The notes under the pieces: model-generated
Seen by the model: the letters and a program-made list of their open reading frames with translations, nothing else
What the model was told of the DNA's origin: nothing
The model's database searches: none
NCBI GenBank assembly: GCA_963780225.1
Contig: CAWAAX010000006.1
Location: forward strand, 96,001-160,000
Source of the DNA: an uncultured bacterium
GTDB lineage: Bacteria; Edwardsbacteria; AC1; EtOH8
Length of the DNA stretch: 64,000 nt
Direction of reading: 5' to 3'
Position numbers and translations under genes: made by a program
Part shown: one piece after another, positions 26,054 through 36,051 of the stretch
Layout: each line of letters starts with the position of its first letter
Position numbering within the stretch: position 1 is the stretch's first letter

Positions 26054-27847
26054 GTGCATTTTAACAGATTTCACATATTATTTTTAGCTGGTTTGCTGTC
26101 GCTTGCGGGCTGTGCCAAAAAAGTCCAAACCGAGCTGAAGGAACCGGTGGAAGAGACCGGCCCGCGCCTGAAGCTGGGAAAGGTCACCTTTGTCGGGAAC
26201 ACCGTGTTCACCCAGGGCCAGTTGACTGGAAAGATGACCAGCCAGCGGGGGCAGAGGTTCGACGATTTCACCTTCCAGCAGGACAAGCGCAAGATCATCT
26301 ATATGTACCAAAAAAAGGGGTACTTAGAGGCGAAGTTTCAGAACACGGGAATGAATGTTAATCAGGTGACCAATGAGCTGGATTACATTCTGACCATCAG
26401 CGAGGGGCAGCTTTCGGCCATCGGCCAGATCCAGTTTCAGGGTAATTCCCTGTACTCCGATTCGGTGCTGCTCTCTCTGTTGAAGGTCAAGACCGGAGAT
26501 GCTTTGAATCTGGCCGCTGTCAAACAGACCTCTTCCGGCATCATCGCATTGTACGCCGAAAAAGGATTTCTATACGCCTCGGTCAAGGACACCATCATAA
26601 AAACCGAGGACAGCCACGTTTCCAACATCATCTATCGGATCACCGAAGGCAGCCCGGTATACATCGGGCTGATCAGGATAATAGGCAACAAAGGGGTATT
26701 ACAAAAGGTCATCAAGCGGGAGATGAACCTTTCTTCCGGCGATCTGCTGATCCCTTCCCGGGTCTATCAAAACCAACAGAGGGTCTATGCCCTGGGGCTT
26801 TTTACCGAGGTCCGGTTTGAGATGGAAGGTCTGGCGGAAAAATCCGATACCGTCAACCTGCTGCTTTTTGTCAAGGAAGATAAAAATAACTGGTACGGTT
26901 TCAATTTTGGCTACCAGCAGCCCGACCGGGTGCAGTTGGGGCTGGAATGGGGAAGCAATAATATTTTTGGCAACCTGCAGAAGATCACTTTAAAGACCGA
27001 TATCGGATACGGACTAGGAAAAGTTGACGGCCTGCATCCCTATACCAACGATTATTATCTGGATTATCTGGAACCATATTTTTTGTCGCTTCCGCTCCGG
27101 GCCAGCGGCAGCATCTATTACAAAAGACAGCGTGATGATGCTTCCTACTGGTCTCCTTTGAGTCGTTTGGGCGGTGAAGCCAAGGTGGGAAAATCACTGA
27201 CCCGGGTAATTCAAGTCTATCTGGGTTATAAATACGAGTTTTTGGAGGAGACCAATAATACCACCAGCGATGTATTTGTAAGCACTACCGCCGACAACCG
27301 GGACGATATATTCAATCCCACCCGGGGTTATAACCTCAGCGCCAGATTGGACCAAGCCGGTTCGGTGCTGGGAGGTTCCAACGACTTTCGCAAGAGCACC
27401 GGCGAGGCTGCCTTTTTCCACAATCTGGGCCGCAGCTTAATCCTGGCCTGGCATGTCAAGGCCTCGGGGATCTATACCTTTAACCGGACGGGTCCGGTGC
27501 CCATCCAGGAACGGCTGAAACTGGGCGGGGCCATGAATCTGAGGGGTTATTCCCAGGACGAAATATCCGCCGACACTTTCAGCACCGTCAACATGCTGGT
27601 CAACGGCAACCTGGAACTGAGGGTCCCGGTATATAAGATGTTCGGGGCTTGTCTTTTTGTGGATGCCGGGAACGTCTTGGCCGACTTTGAATCGGTTAAA
27701 TGGAAACACTACCATGGGGGCACGGGGCTGGGCTTAAGATTATATACTCCGATCGGCCCGGTCCGGCTGGACTATGCAATCAAGACCGAGGGACGGATGG
27801 AAATTTACGGCGGCCTGATATACATAAACCTGGGGCACGCTTTCTGA
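26054..27847 (+). CDS. Omp85-family outer-membrane assembly protein (TamA/TamL-like) with POTRA domains and lipobox
   Basis: LSLAGC lipobox; three (F/I).GN POTRA units; LGG..NLRGY; TPIGPVRLDYA; terminal GHAF. Confidence 0.9.
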   Translation: MHFNRFHILFLAGLLSLAGCAKKVQTELKEPVEETGPRLKLGKVTFVGNTVFTQGQLTGKMTSQRGQRFDDFTFQQDKRKIIYMYQKKGYLEAKFQNTGMNVNQVTNELDYILTISEGQLSAIGQIQFQGNSLYSDSVLLSLLKVKTGDALNLAAVKQTSSGIIALYAEKGFLYASVKDTIIKTEDSHVSNIIYRITEGSPVYIGLIRIIGNKGVLQKVIKREMNLSSGDLLIPSRVYQNQQRVYALGLFTEVRFEMEGLAEKSDTVNLLLFVKEDKNNWYGFNFGYQQPDRVQLGLEWGSNNIFGNLQKITLKTDIGYGLGKVDGLHPYTNDYYLDYLEPYFLSLPLRASGSIYYKRQRDDASYWSPLSRLGGEAKVGKSLTRVIQVYLGYKYEFLEETNNTTSDVFVSTTADNRDDIFNPTRGYNLSARLDQAGSVLGGSNDFRKSTGEAAFFHNLGRSLILAWHVKASGIYTFNRTGPVPIQERLKLGGAMNLRGYSQDEISADTFSTVNMLVNGNLELRVPVYKMFGACLFVDAGNVLADFESVKWKHYHGGTGLGLRLYTPIGPVRLDYAIKTEGRMEIYGGLIYINLGHAF

Positions 27848-30800
27848 TGCCGCATAAAACCAGAAACATAATAATCATCGCCGCCGCGGCGGCGGTATTG
27901 CTGTCCCTGGCCGGTTTGACAATGTATTTGAACAGCCGGGTCTTCAAGGGTAAGCTTAAAGCCAAGGCCGATCTTTCCCTGTCTAACGTTTTGGGGCGGG
28001 AGTTCACCATAGACAGCGCCAGCGTTCAGCTGCCGATGAACATAGTGCTCCACGGTTTGAAGCTGGCTTCGGACGACTCCCTGAAGAACGGAATGATGCT
28101 GGAAGTCCCTAAGGTAAAAGTGGTCATTCATCCCTGGGTTTCTTTGACTAAAAGGAAGATCGCCATCAAACAGGTGGGAATATACGATGCCCAGGCCAGG
28201 CTGGTCCGCCATCCTGACGGCAGTTGGAATTTTTCCGATCTGTTCAAATCCGATTCCACCAAACCTAAGCGAAAAGCCAATTTCCCGCCTCTGGAAATAT
28301 CTGCCATCGAGATCAGCAACTTAAAGGTAATGATCAGCCCCGGACCGGATTCCCAGCTGGTGGAGAAAATAAATCTGGCGGCGGCGTTAAAGATGGGTGG
28401 ACGAAAACTATCGCTTAATATAAAGGATCTCAGCGCCTGTATCCCCGACCGCGAGTTTGCCCTGAACCAGGGAACTGGTCTGCTGGCCATCAATGGGGAT
28501 ACCATCAAACTGGATGATTTCGGGCTTAACCTGGGCTCCAGCCGCCTGGAACTTGGTTTATGGCTGGACGGAAAAAGCAAGAGATACGGTTTGTCCCGGG
28601 CCAAGCTTGATCTGAACCTAGCCGATGTGGCCAAGATAACCCGGCTGAAGGAAGAAGATTTTAATGGACAGTTTATCGTCACTGCCAGCGGAAAGGGCAG
28701 TCTTTATAAACCATCTGTAAACCTGGATATTCGGTCTGCGGTCTGCTGTTTGGGCGGCGTACGCCTGGATCGCTTGACCGCCAGATTGAGTTTCAAGGAT
28801 CAAATACTGTCCTTGAATGACATTGAGCTGGTTTCCGGTTCGAGCACGGTCAAAGGTGACGGCCAGATGGATCTGAACGCCAAGGACTACGGACTGCAAC
28901 TTTCCCTGGACCAGGTGGATCTGGGAACTTTGCTGCCGATAGCCGGCCAGGCCTTAAAGACCAACATCAACGGCGTATTCAATCTAAAAGGCCAGGGATT
29001 GGAGCCTAAAAAAATCAAAGCCCGGGCCGATCTAGTGCTGACCCACAGCTCGGTTAACGATATCCCGGTGGACGAACTTCGCTGTTTTGTCCGGGCTGAA
29101 GGAACTGACATCGCAGTAGACCAGATTTGGCTGCGGAGCGGCCAGGCCCAGTTGGAGGTCAAAGGCGACATTTACAAGGAAGCCATCAGCTTGGAATTAG
29201 AGACCGATGAAATCGATCTGGCCCAATTCGGGCCTTTGTTCGGGCTGAAGGATCTGGCCGGCCGTTTGCGTTTCAACGGTCTGGTATCCGGGGCTACCAA
29301 AAATCCGGATATCATCGGATCATTCCGTTTGAAGGAAGCCGGGCTGGCCGGGATAAGTTGTCTGTATTTTGACGGGAATATGTCGGTAAAGTCCATTGTC
29401 AAAAGTCCTTTGGGCGACGGCAAATTCACTCTGACCGGTATTGAAGTGGGCAAGCAGAGCATAGAAAAGGTCGAGATGCTGGCCGAATTACGGGGGCTGG
29501 ACTGGGGGGGATTTTCCATTCATATTGTCAAGGACAGCCTGACAGAAGGGCTTTTGACCGGGCGGCTGGAACTGGCAGGGAAAAACATATCGCTGGTGGT
29601 CAGCAAACTTTTCTTTAATTCCGGATACCAGATCATTGCCAACAGTCAGCCCCTGGCGATGAATATCAAGTCCGGAGTGATCGATATTAAACCGGGTAAG
29701 TTGATAGTGGGCCGGGGCAGCCTGCTTTTCTCGGGGAATTACAAAAGCAATAAAGATTTTCAGGTGAGCGTCAAGGGTCAGGACATAGACAGCCGGAGGA
29801 TATTGGAGCTGATGCAGCTGGACAAGACCGTCCACGGCCTGTTGGATTTTGAGCTGGATGGTTCCGGCAACCTGGCCTCCCCCAGATACTCTCTAAAACT
29901 GAACGTGGGGAATCTCCGCTTTGAGCAATTCACCGCCGACAATCTGTCGCTGGATATGGCTTATGCCGACCAGATTGTCCAGTTGAACCGCCTGGCCATT
30001 ACCCGTTATGGAAGTGTTTCTGAACTCTCAGCCAGGGTTCCGGTCAACCTGGCAGTTGGTCAGGAGATGGGAAAATTGCTGGACCGGCCGATAGAAGGGC
30101 AGGTCAACTTGAGAGACATCGGAACCTGGGCTTTTTTCCCCATGGCTGAATTCTTGAGTGTCTATGAAGGCCGGATAGACCTTTCGGTTACGCTTTCCGG
30201 TACGCCATTTAAACCTCTGCTCAATGGGGGACTAACCATAGACCGGGCCAAGATGGTGCTGCGGCCATTCGGCATGTATCTTCATGATGTGACGGCCCGG
30301 GCCCATTTCAACGCCGACAGCCTGGTGGTAGACAATATCTCCGCCATCACCGAGAACCAGGGCAGAGTGGATATCCAGCGGGGCGAGATCCTGCTGGAGC
30401 GGTTCATTCCAACCAAGATGTATTTTTTGATCACCACCCGCGAGGCCCCCATCCGTAACATTCCATTCATCGAAGCCAATGTGGACGCCCGGATCGAGAT
30501 CAACGGGACGGTCAATCATCCCAAGATATCCGGTGACGTCAAGGTCAATACCGCCCTGATCTCCATGCCCTTTGCCCCAGCCGAGGAGCCGCCTCCGCCC
30601 GATAAAGAGCCCAAGCCCCTGGACCTGGATCTGGCCATCACCGGGCCTCAGGGCATTTGGCTGCGCAATGCCGACGCCGACATCGAGCTGAAGATCGACA
30701 ACCTGAACGTCCGGATGCAGCAGAATCTTTTATTCCTGTCGGGGCGGCTGGAGACCATCCGGGGTACCTACCGGTTTATGGACCGAAAGTTCGATATTGA

Positions 30801-31365
30801 CGAAGGGGGGTTATTGACCTTCACCAATGCCGCAGTCATCAATCCAGATCTCAACTTATCGGCCCAGACCTCGGTGGATCAGCCCACCCCCGAGGGCGGC
30901 ACCAGCAAGGTGTTGATCCTTCTGTCGATTCAGGGCACTGCCCTTCAGCCCAAACTGTCATTCAGTTCCGAGCCGTCGATGCCCGAACAGGATATTCTGA
31001 CCATGATCTCGGTGGGCCGCAAGCTGGATGACCAGAACGGCGGGGGGGATCTGACCGGCCAGGTAACCCAGCGGGGGGTGGATTATTTAAGCAACATGCT
31101 TTCGGGCATAATTCAGAAGAACACCGGTCTGGTGGACGTGGTGAGAATGAAAACCTACTTGACCGGTGAAGAAAAGGGCGCCCAGGTGACTCTGGGCAAA
31201 TATGTAACCCGCAACGTATTTGTCAACTACTCCCAGGGGCTTTCCGCAAACTTGTCTACGGAGTTCACTGCCGAATACCTGTTCGGCACCCGCAGTGCCA
31301 TAGTCGCCAAAAAGGACGATCAGGGAAAGTTCAATCTGGGACTAAGGATGAAATTCAAATACTAA
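27847..31365 (+). CDS. tamB: TamB/AsmA-like translocation and assembly protein
   Basis: ATG overlaps the upstream stop; N-terminal TM, beta-taco repeats, DUF490-like C-terminus (GT...P.L.FSS.P...DIL, GKY, EY). Confidence 0.85.
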   Translation: MPHKTRNIIIIAAAAAVLLSLAGLTMYLNSRVFKGKLKAKADLSLSNVLGREFTIDSASVQLPMNIVLHGLKLASDDSLKNGMMLEVPKVKVVIHPWVSLTKRKIAIKQVGIYDAQARLVRHPDGSWNFSDLFKSDSTKPKRKANFPPLEISAIEISNLKVMISPGPDSQLVEKINLAAALKMGGRKLSLNIKDLSACIPDREFALNQGTGLLAINGDTIKLDDFGLNLGSSRLELGLWLDGKSKRYGLSRAKLDLNLADVAKITRLKEEDFNGQFIVTASGKGSLYKPSVNLDIRSAVCCLGGVRLDRLTARLSFKDQILSLNDIELVSGSSTVKGDGQMDLNAKDYGLQLSLDQVDLGTLLPIAGQALKTNINGVFNLKGQGLEPKKIKARADLVLTHSSVNDIPVDELRCFVRAEGTDIAVDQIWLRSGQAQLEVKGDIYKEAISLELETDEIDLAQFGPLFGLKDLAGRLRFNGLVSGATKNPDIIGSFRLKEAGLAGISCLYFDGNMSVKSIVKSPLGDGKFTLTGIEVGKQSIEKVEMLAELRGLDWGGFSIHIVKDSLTEGLLTGRLELAGKNISLVVSKLFFNSGYQIIANSQPLAMNIKSGVIDIKPGKLIVGRGSLLFSGNYKSNKDFQVSVKGQDIDSRRILELMQLDKTVHGLLDFELDGSGNLASPRYSLKLNVGNLRFEQFTADNLSLDMAYADQIVQLNRLAITRYGSVSELSARVPVNLAVGQEMGKLLDRPIEGQVNLRDIGTWAFFPMAEFLSVYEGRIDLSVTLSGTPFKPLLNGGLTIDRAKMVLRPFGMYLHDVTARAHFNADSLVVDNISAITENQGRVDIQRGEILLERFIPTKMYFLITTREAPIRNIPFIEANVDARIEINGTVNHPKISGDVKVNTALISMPFAPAEEPPPPDKEPKPLDLDLAITGPQGIWLRNADADIELKIDNLNVRMQQNLLFLSGRLETIRGTYRFMDRKFDIDEGGLLTFTNAAVINPDLNLSAQTSVDQPTPEGGTSKVLILLSIQGTALQPKLSFSSEPSMPEQDILTMISVGRKLDDQNGGGDLTGQVTQRGVDYLSNMLSGIIQKNTGLVDVVRMKTYLTGEEKGAQVTLGKYVTRNVFVNYSQGLSANLSTEFTAEYLFGTRSAIVAKKDDQGKFNLGLRMKFKY

Positions 31366-31408
31366 GCTGGATAGTAATAATTCATAAGCATTGGATGTAT
31401 CCGCAGGG

Positions 31409-31585
31409 ATAGTCAGAGGGAAAGGCCGTGAACGGTCTAAAACGGGGAAATGGTGCTTTTTAACCCAGCCCTTCCTCCTGCGCTGTGGCTTCGGCGGATA
31501 AATAAGGGCTGGGTTAAGGATGCCAACCGGAGTCAACCAAGGTCATTCATGGCCTTACCCGTGGTGAGCTTTTAACCATGACTAT
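31409..31585. repeat. Large nested palindrome containing a second 29-nt REP-like insert
   Basis: atagtca/tgactat, aaggccgtgaa/ttcatggcctt, ttaacccagccctt[cctcctgcgctgtggcttcggcggataaa]taagggctgggttaa. Confidence 0.7.
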
Positions 31586-31627
31586 TGTTCGCGAGTAAAA
31601 TTGTTCCTGAATAGTAATAGGAGAAAG

Positions 31628-32635
31628 ATGAATAGAAAGATTCTTAGTATTCTGGCCTTGCTGGCGCTTAGCACTGCTTCGCTTAACGCCTCGGTCATAG
31701 ACTGGCAAAGCTACCAGGGGCCGATGGTGGGGGCCAGGGCGCTGTCGCTTTCCGGCTGCGTGGCGGGGATAGACAACGATCCGTCGGTGATCCACTGGAA
31801 CCCGGCCCAGCTTTCTTCCCTGCTTTGGCCGATGTTCACGGTCAATTATACCCATTCCTCCGGGCTATTGTCTGATCCGCTGTCTTCAGGGCACAAAAGG
31901 CTGAATTACATGGCCCTGGCCGCCAAGGGCATGGGATTGTCCTGGCGCTCATTGGTCAGGCATGCCGGGGAAACGGTTACTTATGATGGTACGGATTCTG
32001 TCAGCAGTTACCTCCGTTACGGGGTGGACGAGTTTGCCCTGGTGTTGGGAAAGACCGACGGGTACAATCCCAATACTGCCATGGGCCTGACCGCCAAGGT
32101 CCTCTGGGGCCGGATGCTGAAGATTACTCAGACCAAGAGCGATAGCCTTTGGACCAAGGCCCAGACCCTTGATGAGAATAGCATCGGCTACGGGATGGAT
32201 CTGGGTTTTTACGGGAATTACCGTAATTTGAAGATCGGAGCGGCCATCCAGAATATTCTGGGCAAGGTCTATTGGAAGAACGTGGAGGATGATAAACTGA
32301 AGCCCAAACTTTTTCTCGGCGGGGCCATAGTCACCGATAAACTGCCGAAGATTTCCGGAGCCCTGGAAAAATATTTGGGCGGCGGGACTCCACAGTTTCG
32401 CTATTCTCTGGCAGGGGAATATAAATATGTTATACCGGGTTACGGAGCAGTATCCGGACGTCTGGGCTACAGCCGGATATATAAAGCCGTGGAGGGGGAC
32501 TACATTTGGACGGGTGGGGTGGGATATCTTTATAAGAAGTTTTTAATAGATGGGGCAGTGGTCAATACCCTGGATCTTCCTACAAATAAATGGCAGCAGT
32601 CGTTTGTGGGCGCGGTTAGTTTATATATGGAATAG
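31628..32635 (+). CDS. PorV/FadL-like outer-membrane beta-barrel
   Basis: Signal peptide; GARALSLSG...G...DPS..HWNPA.L; D.G....L.IGA.IQN; amphipathic strands. Confidence 0.7.
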   Translation: MNRKILSILALLALSTASLNASVIDWQSYQGPMVGARALSLSGCVAGIDNDPSVIHWNPAQLSSLLWPMFTVNYTHSSGLLSDPLSSGHKRLNYMALAAKGMGLSWRSLVRHAGETVTYDGTDSVSSYLRYGVDEFALVLGKTDGYNPNTAMGLTAKVLWGRMLKITQTKSDSLWTKAQTLDENSIGYGMDLGFYGNYRNLKIGAAIQNILGKVYWKNVEDDKLKPKLFLGGAIVTDKLPKISGALEKYLGGGTPQFRYSLAGEYKYVIPGYGAVSGRLGYSRIYKAVEGDYIWTGGVGYLYKKFLIDGAVVNTLDLPTNKWQQSFVGAVSLYME

Positions 32636-32649
32636 AACCCTGAAGGCGC

Positions 32650-32682
32650 AAAAACGCCGCCCGTAACGGGCGGCGTTTTTTT
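32650..32682. terminator. Intrinsic terminator
   Basis: aaaaacgccgcccgt-a-acgggcggcgttttttt. Confidence 0.9.
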
Positions 32683-32696
32683 ATTTGCTGGCCCCC

Positions 32697-32725
32697 TTGA
32701 CAGAGAAACAAATTAGTAGTATAAT
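32697..32725 (+). promoter_or_regulatory. Consensus sigma70 promoter of mlaE
   Basis: ttgaca-N17-tataat. Confidence 0.9.
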
Positions 32726-32747
32726 GACCGACCAGTCAGTCATTATA
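32720..32747. promoter_or_regulatory. Probable TetR-type operator overlapping the -10 box
   Basis: 28-bp near-palindrome tataatgaccgaccagtcagtcattata. Confidence 0.7.
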
Positions 32748-32763
32748 TGAACGAACGTATCAA

Positions 32764-33537
32764 ATGAAAGAATATATCATAAACACTGCTTCCTCCGCAT
32801 TGGTGGCTCTCTACCGCTTTTTTGCTTTCCACTGGGAAGTGGCCAAAAGGCTGGTCAGGCCGCCTTATTACCCCAAACTGATCTGGGAGCAGATGGACCG
32901 GGTGGGGGTGGATTCCCTGCCGATAGTGGTGCTGACCTCGTTCTTCACCGGGTTCGTGCTGGCCTTCCAGATAGGCTATGCCCTGATGCGCTTCGGGGCC
33001 AAGCTATATGTCGGCGGCATCGTTTCGGTCTCGCTGGTACGTGAGCTGGGACCGGTGCTGATCTCCCTGGTCTTCGCCGGGCGGGTGGGGGCGGGCATCA
33101 CCGCCGAGCTGGGATCGATGCAGGTCTCGGAACAGATAGACGCCATGCGGGCCCTGGCCACCGACCCCATCCGGAAGCTGGTGCTGACCAGGTTCTTTGC
33201 GGCGGTGATCATGCTGCCCATCCTGGTGGTGGTGGGCGACCTGATCGGGATACTGGGCGGGATGCTGGTCAGCGTGATGAACCTGGGGTTGACGGCCAAC
33301 TTTTACCGGACCTCGGTGGTCAATTCCCTGGTCTTCAACGACCTGATCAGCGGTTTCATAAAACCCATAGTGTTCGGGGGGATGGTCGCCATCGTGGCCT
33401 GCTATTTCGGCCTTAATGCCCGGGGCGGCACCAAGGGGGTGGGCGACGCGGTGACCCGCACGGTGGTGGTCTCCTCGGTGCTGGTCTTTTTGCTGGATGC
33501 CTTCATCACCAAGGTGCTGTTTCTGCTGGGAATGTGA
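32764..33537 (+). CDS. mlaE: MlaE-family ABC permease
   Basis: GVDSLP, RELGPV, GRVGAGITAELGSM.VSEQIDA, GVG.A.T..VV. Confidence 0.95.
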   Translation: MKEYIINTASSALVALYRFFAFHWEVAKRLVRPPYYPKLIWEQMDRVGVDSLPIVVLTSFFTGFVLAFQIGYALMRFGAKLYVGGIVSVSLVRELGPVLISLVFAGRVGAGITAELGSMQVSEQIDAMRALATDPIRKLVLTRFFAAVIMLPILVVVGDLIGILGGMLVSVMNLGLTANFYRTSVVNSLVFNDLISGFIKPIVFGGMVAIVACYFGLNARGGTKGVGDAVTRTVVVSSVLVFLLDAFITKVLFLLGM

Positions 33538-33543
33538 ACTTAG

Positions 33544-33634
33544 CACTGACTAACCACTATCCGGTATTCACTATTCAGTATCCTCCAGAGAATACTGAAT
33601 AGAGAATACTGAATAGAGAATACTGAATAGAGTG
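33544..33634. repeat. Back-to-back inverted heptamer arrays
   Basis: tatccgg tattcac tattcag tatcctc, then gagaatactgaata three times. Confidence 0.85.
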
Positions 33635-33640
33635 TAGGAA

Positions 33641-34384
33641 ATGATCGAACTTTACGATATCCATAAATCCTTTGAAGGCAAGCCGGTCTTAAAAGGGGTC
33701 AACCTCAAGATAGACCAGGGCGAGACCCTGGTGATCCTGGGCCGGTCCGGGTGCGGCAAGAGCGTCACCCTGAAGATCATCCTGCGTCTGATCAAACAGG
33801 ACCAGGGCCGGATCGTGATCGACGGCGAGGATACTACCGATTACCGCGAGGAACAGATGCTGCCCCTGCGGAAAAAGATCGGGATGCTTTTTCAGGGATC
33901 GGCCTTGTTTGATTCCATGAATGTCAAGGAGAACGTGGCTTACCCGTTGCGGGAGCATTTGAAACTATCTGAGGGTGAGGTCTCCGAAAAAGTGGCCCAA
34001 GCCCTCAGTTTTGTGGAACTTTCCGGAACCGAACAGACCATGCCCTCGGAACTTTCCGGCGGCATGAAGAAGAGGGTGGCCCTGGCCCGGGCCATTGTGC
34101 TGGATCCCCGCTATATGTTCTACGACGAGCCCACCACCGGGCTGGATCCGCTGACCTCCCGCAAGATCAATGAACTGATCAACAAGCTTAAGGATGAACA
34201 CAAGGTGGGCTCCATTGTGGTGACCCACGAAATTGCCAACGCCTTCAAAGTGGCCGACCGCTTTGAGGTGATCAAGGACGGCGGGATACTTTTCTCCGGC
34301 ACCTCCAACGAGCTCAAAGGCTCCAAACTAAAATTCGTCCAGGACTTCATTAAAGGGGGAACGATCGAAAATGCCAATCAATAA
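33641..34384 (+). CDS. mlaF: MlaF-family ABC ATPase
   Basis: GRSGCGKS, FQGSALFDS, LSGGMKKR, YDEPT.GLDP. Confidence 0.93.
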   Translation: MIELYDIHKSFEGKPVLKGVNLKIDQGETLVILGRSGCGKSVTLKIILRLIKQDQGRIVIDGEDTTDYREEQMLPLRKKIGMLFQGSALFDSMNVKENVAYPLREHLKLSEGEVSEKVAQALSFVELSGTEQTMPSELSGGMKKRVALARAIVLDPRYMFYDEPTTGLDPLTSRKINELINKLKDEHKVGSIVVTHEIANAFKVADRFEVIKDGGILFSGTSNELKGSKLKFVQDFIKGGTIENANQ

Positions 34385-35330
34385 ACTTTCCCATGAATTC
34401 AAGGTGGGCCTGCTGATAGCCCTGGGCCTGGGGGTGGCTCTGGTGGCCGTGCTTTCGGTGGGTGAGCGCCAGGGGCTGTTAAAACAGCGGTATTTCCTGA
34501 ATGCCAGGTTCGATGACGTCGGGGGGTTGCAGGAAGGAGCTCCGGTGCGGGTCTCCGGATTCCAGGTGGGGGTGGTCAATAAAATATCCCTGGTGGAGAT
34601 AGGCGGCCGCCAAAAAGTGGAGGCCCGCTTAAGGATAGAAAAGCAGGCCCAGCCCCGCATCCGCCGGGGATCGCTGGCCAGGATCAGCAGCATGGGTCTT
34701 TTAGGCGACAAGCTGGTGGAGATAGTTCCGGCCTCCATGGATCATCCGATGATGGAAAACGGAGAGGAACTGACCACCATAGCGGTAATGGCCCCCGAGG
34801 AGATAATGGGCAAAGTGGCCGAGATCTCGGACACCCTTAATTCTACGGCGATCTCGCTAAATGTGATCATGAAGAAAATAGAAAAGGGCACCGGGACCCT
34901 GGGCAAGATGATAGATGATCCCCGGCTTTATACCAACCTTGATTCGGTACTGGTCAGCATGAACCATCTGATATTGTTGATCAAGGGCAACAAGGGAACC
35001 ATCGGCAAACTGATGAATGATCCTTCTCTCTACAACAACCTCAATCAGACCATGTCAAGCCTCAACACCATCTCCGACAGCCTCAAGCGGGGCCAGGGTA
35101 GTCTGGGCAGGCTGCTGCGGGAACCGGACCTTTACAATTCCCTGGACTCTACTTCGCAGAAACTCAGCGTTATAATAAGCAGGATCGAAAAAGGGGAGGG
35201 CACTTTGGGCAAGCTTTCCAAAGACGAAGAGATGTACCAGAAGCTGAAGAGTGCTTCCACCGAGCTTGATCTGCTCATTAAAGATATGAAGAAAAACCCA
35301 AAGAAATATTTGAGCATCAGTGTGTTTTAA
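34371..35330 (+). CDS. mlaD: MCE/MlaD-family protein with repeated GT(L/I)GKL helices
   Basis: F.DV.GL..GAPV..SG..VG.V, GLLGDK; G.GTLGK...D..LY repeats. Confidence 0.88.
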   Translation: MPINKLSHEFKVGLLIALGLGVALVAVLSVGERQGLLKQRYFLNARFDDVGGLQEGAPVRVSGFQVGVVNKISLVEIGGRQKVEARLRIEKQAQPRIRRGSLARISSMGLLGDKLVEIVPASMDHPMMENGEELTTIAVMAPEEIMGKVAEISDTLNSTAISLNVIMKKIEKGTGTLGKMIDDPRLYTNLDSVLVSMNHLILLIKGNKGTIGKLMNDPSLYNNLNQTMSSLNTISDSLKRGQGSLGRLLREPDLYNSLDSTSQKLSVIISRIEKGEGTLGKLSKDEEMYQKLKSASTELDLLIKDMKKNPKKYLSISVF

Positions 35331-35397
35331 CATCCCAGAGGTTGACAGGGGTTAAAAGGGTATTACATTAGGCAAAAATAAATAAGACAGGTTAAAA

Positions 35398-36000
35398 ATG
35401 GAAAACATACCGCGCAAGGAACGGGAACGGCTGGTTAAACGCCAGGAGATACTTAAGGCCGCCCGCCAGGTCTTTGCCCAGAAAGGCTTGCACGCAGCCA
35501 CCCTGGATGAGATCGCCGAGAAGGCCGAGTTTGCCAAGGGCACTCTTTACGGCTATTTCCAGAACAAGGACGACCTTTTCGCCACCATGCTGGAGGAGGA
35601 GATCATAAAATTTGAAAAGAGCCTGGAGCAGGTATTTCAGGAGGACCTTCCAGCCACCGCCAAAGTGGAGAAGGTGATCAAGACCATGCTTTTGATCTTC
35701 GAACAGAATGTCGACTTCCTGCAGCTGTTAAGCAAAGAACGCCCGGGGATGACTTCAATACCGACGGCAGAGAAAATGATGGTCCATTTCAGAAACCTTA
35801 CCACCATAGTGGCCAGCATGATCAAACAGGGGATCAAAGAGGGGGTGTTTGCCGTAAAGGACCCGGTCCGCACTTCGGCTGCCCTGTTCAATCTGACCCA
35901 CGGTTCGGCCATGGGATCGCTATTAAACAAGAAAAAGATCAACGACCCCGAAGAGGTCAAGTTCATAACCGGGATTTTCTTTGACGGGATAAAGGTCTGA
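35398..36000 (+). CDS. TetR/AcrR-family regulator
   Basis: ILKAA..VF..KG...ATLDEIA..AEFAKGTLY.YF.NKDDL; ttgaca at 35342 upstream. Confidence 0.95.
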   Translation: MENIPRKERERLVKRQEILKAARQVFAQKGLHAATLDEIAEKAEFAKGTLYGYFQNKDDLFATMLEEEIIKFEKSLEQVFQEDLPATAKVEKVIKTMLLIFEQNVDFLQLLSKERPGMTSIPTAEKMMVHFRNLTTIVASMIKQGIKEGVFAVKDPVRTSAALFNLTHGSAMGSLLNKKKINDPEEVKFITGIFFDGIKV

Positions 36001-36051
36001 TACAGTAAAACAAACCAAGCAAATAAAGGTAGAAAAGGCAAAGGACTTAAA

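Noticed and set aside
27700..27846. N-terminal extension of TamB
   Set aside because: Overlaps the Omp85 gene; ATG 27847 is coupled to its stop and is followed by the expected TM anchor.
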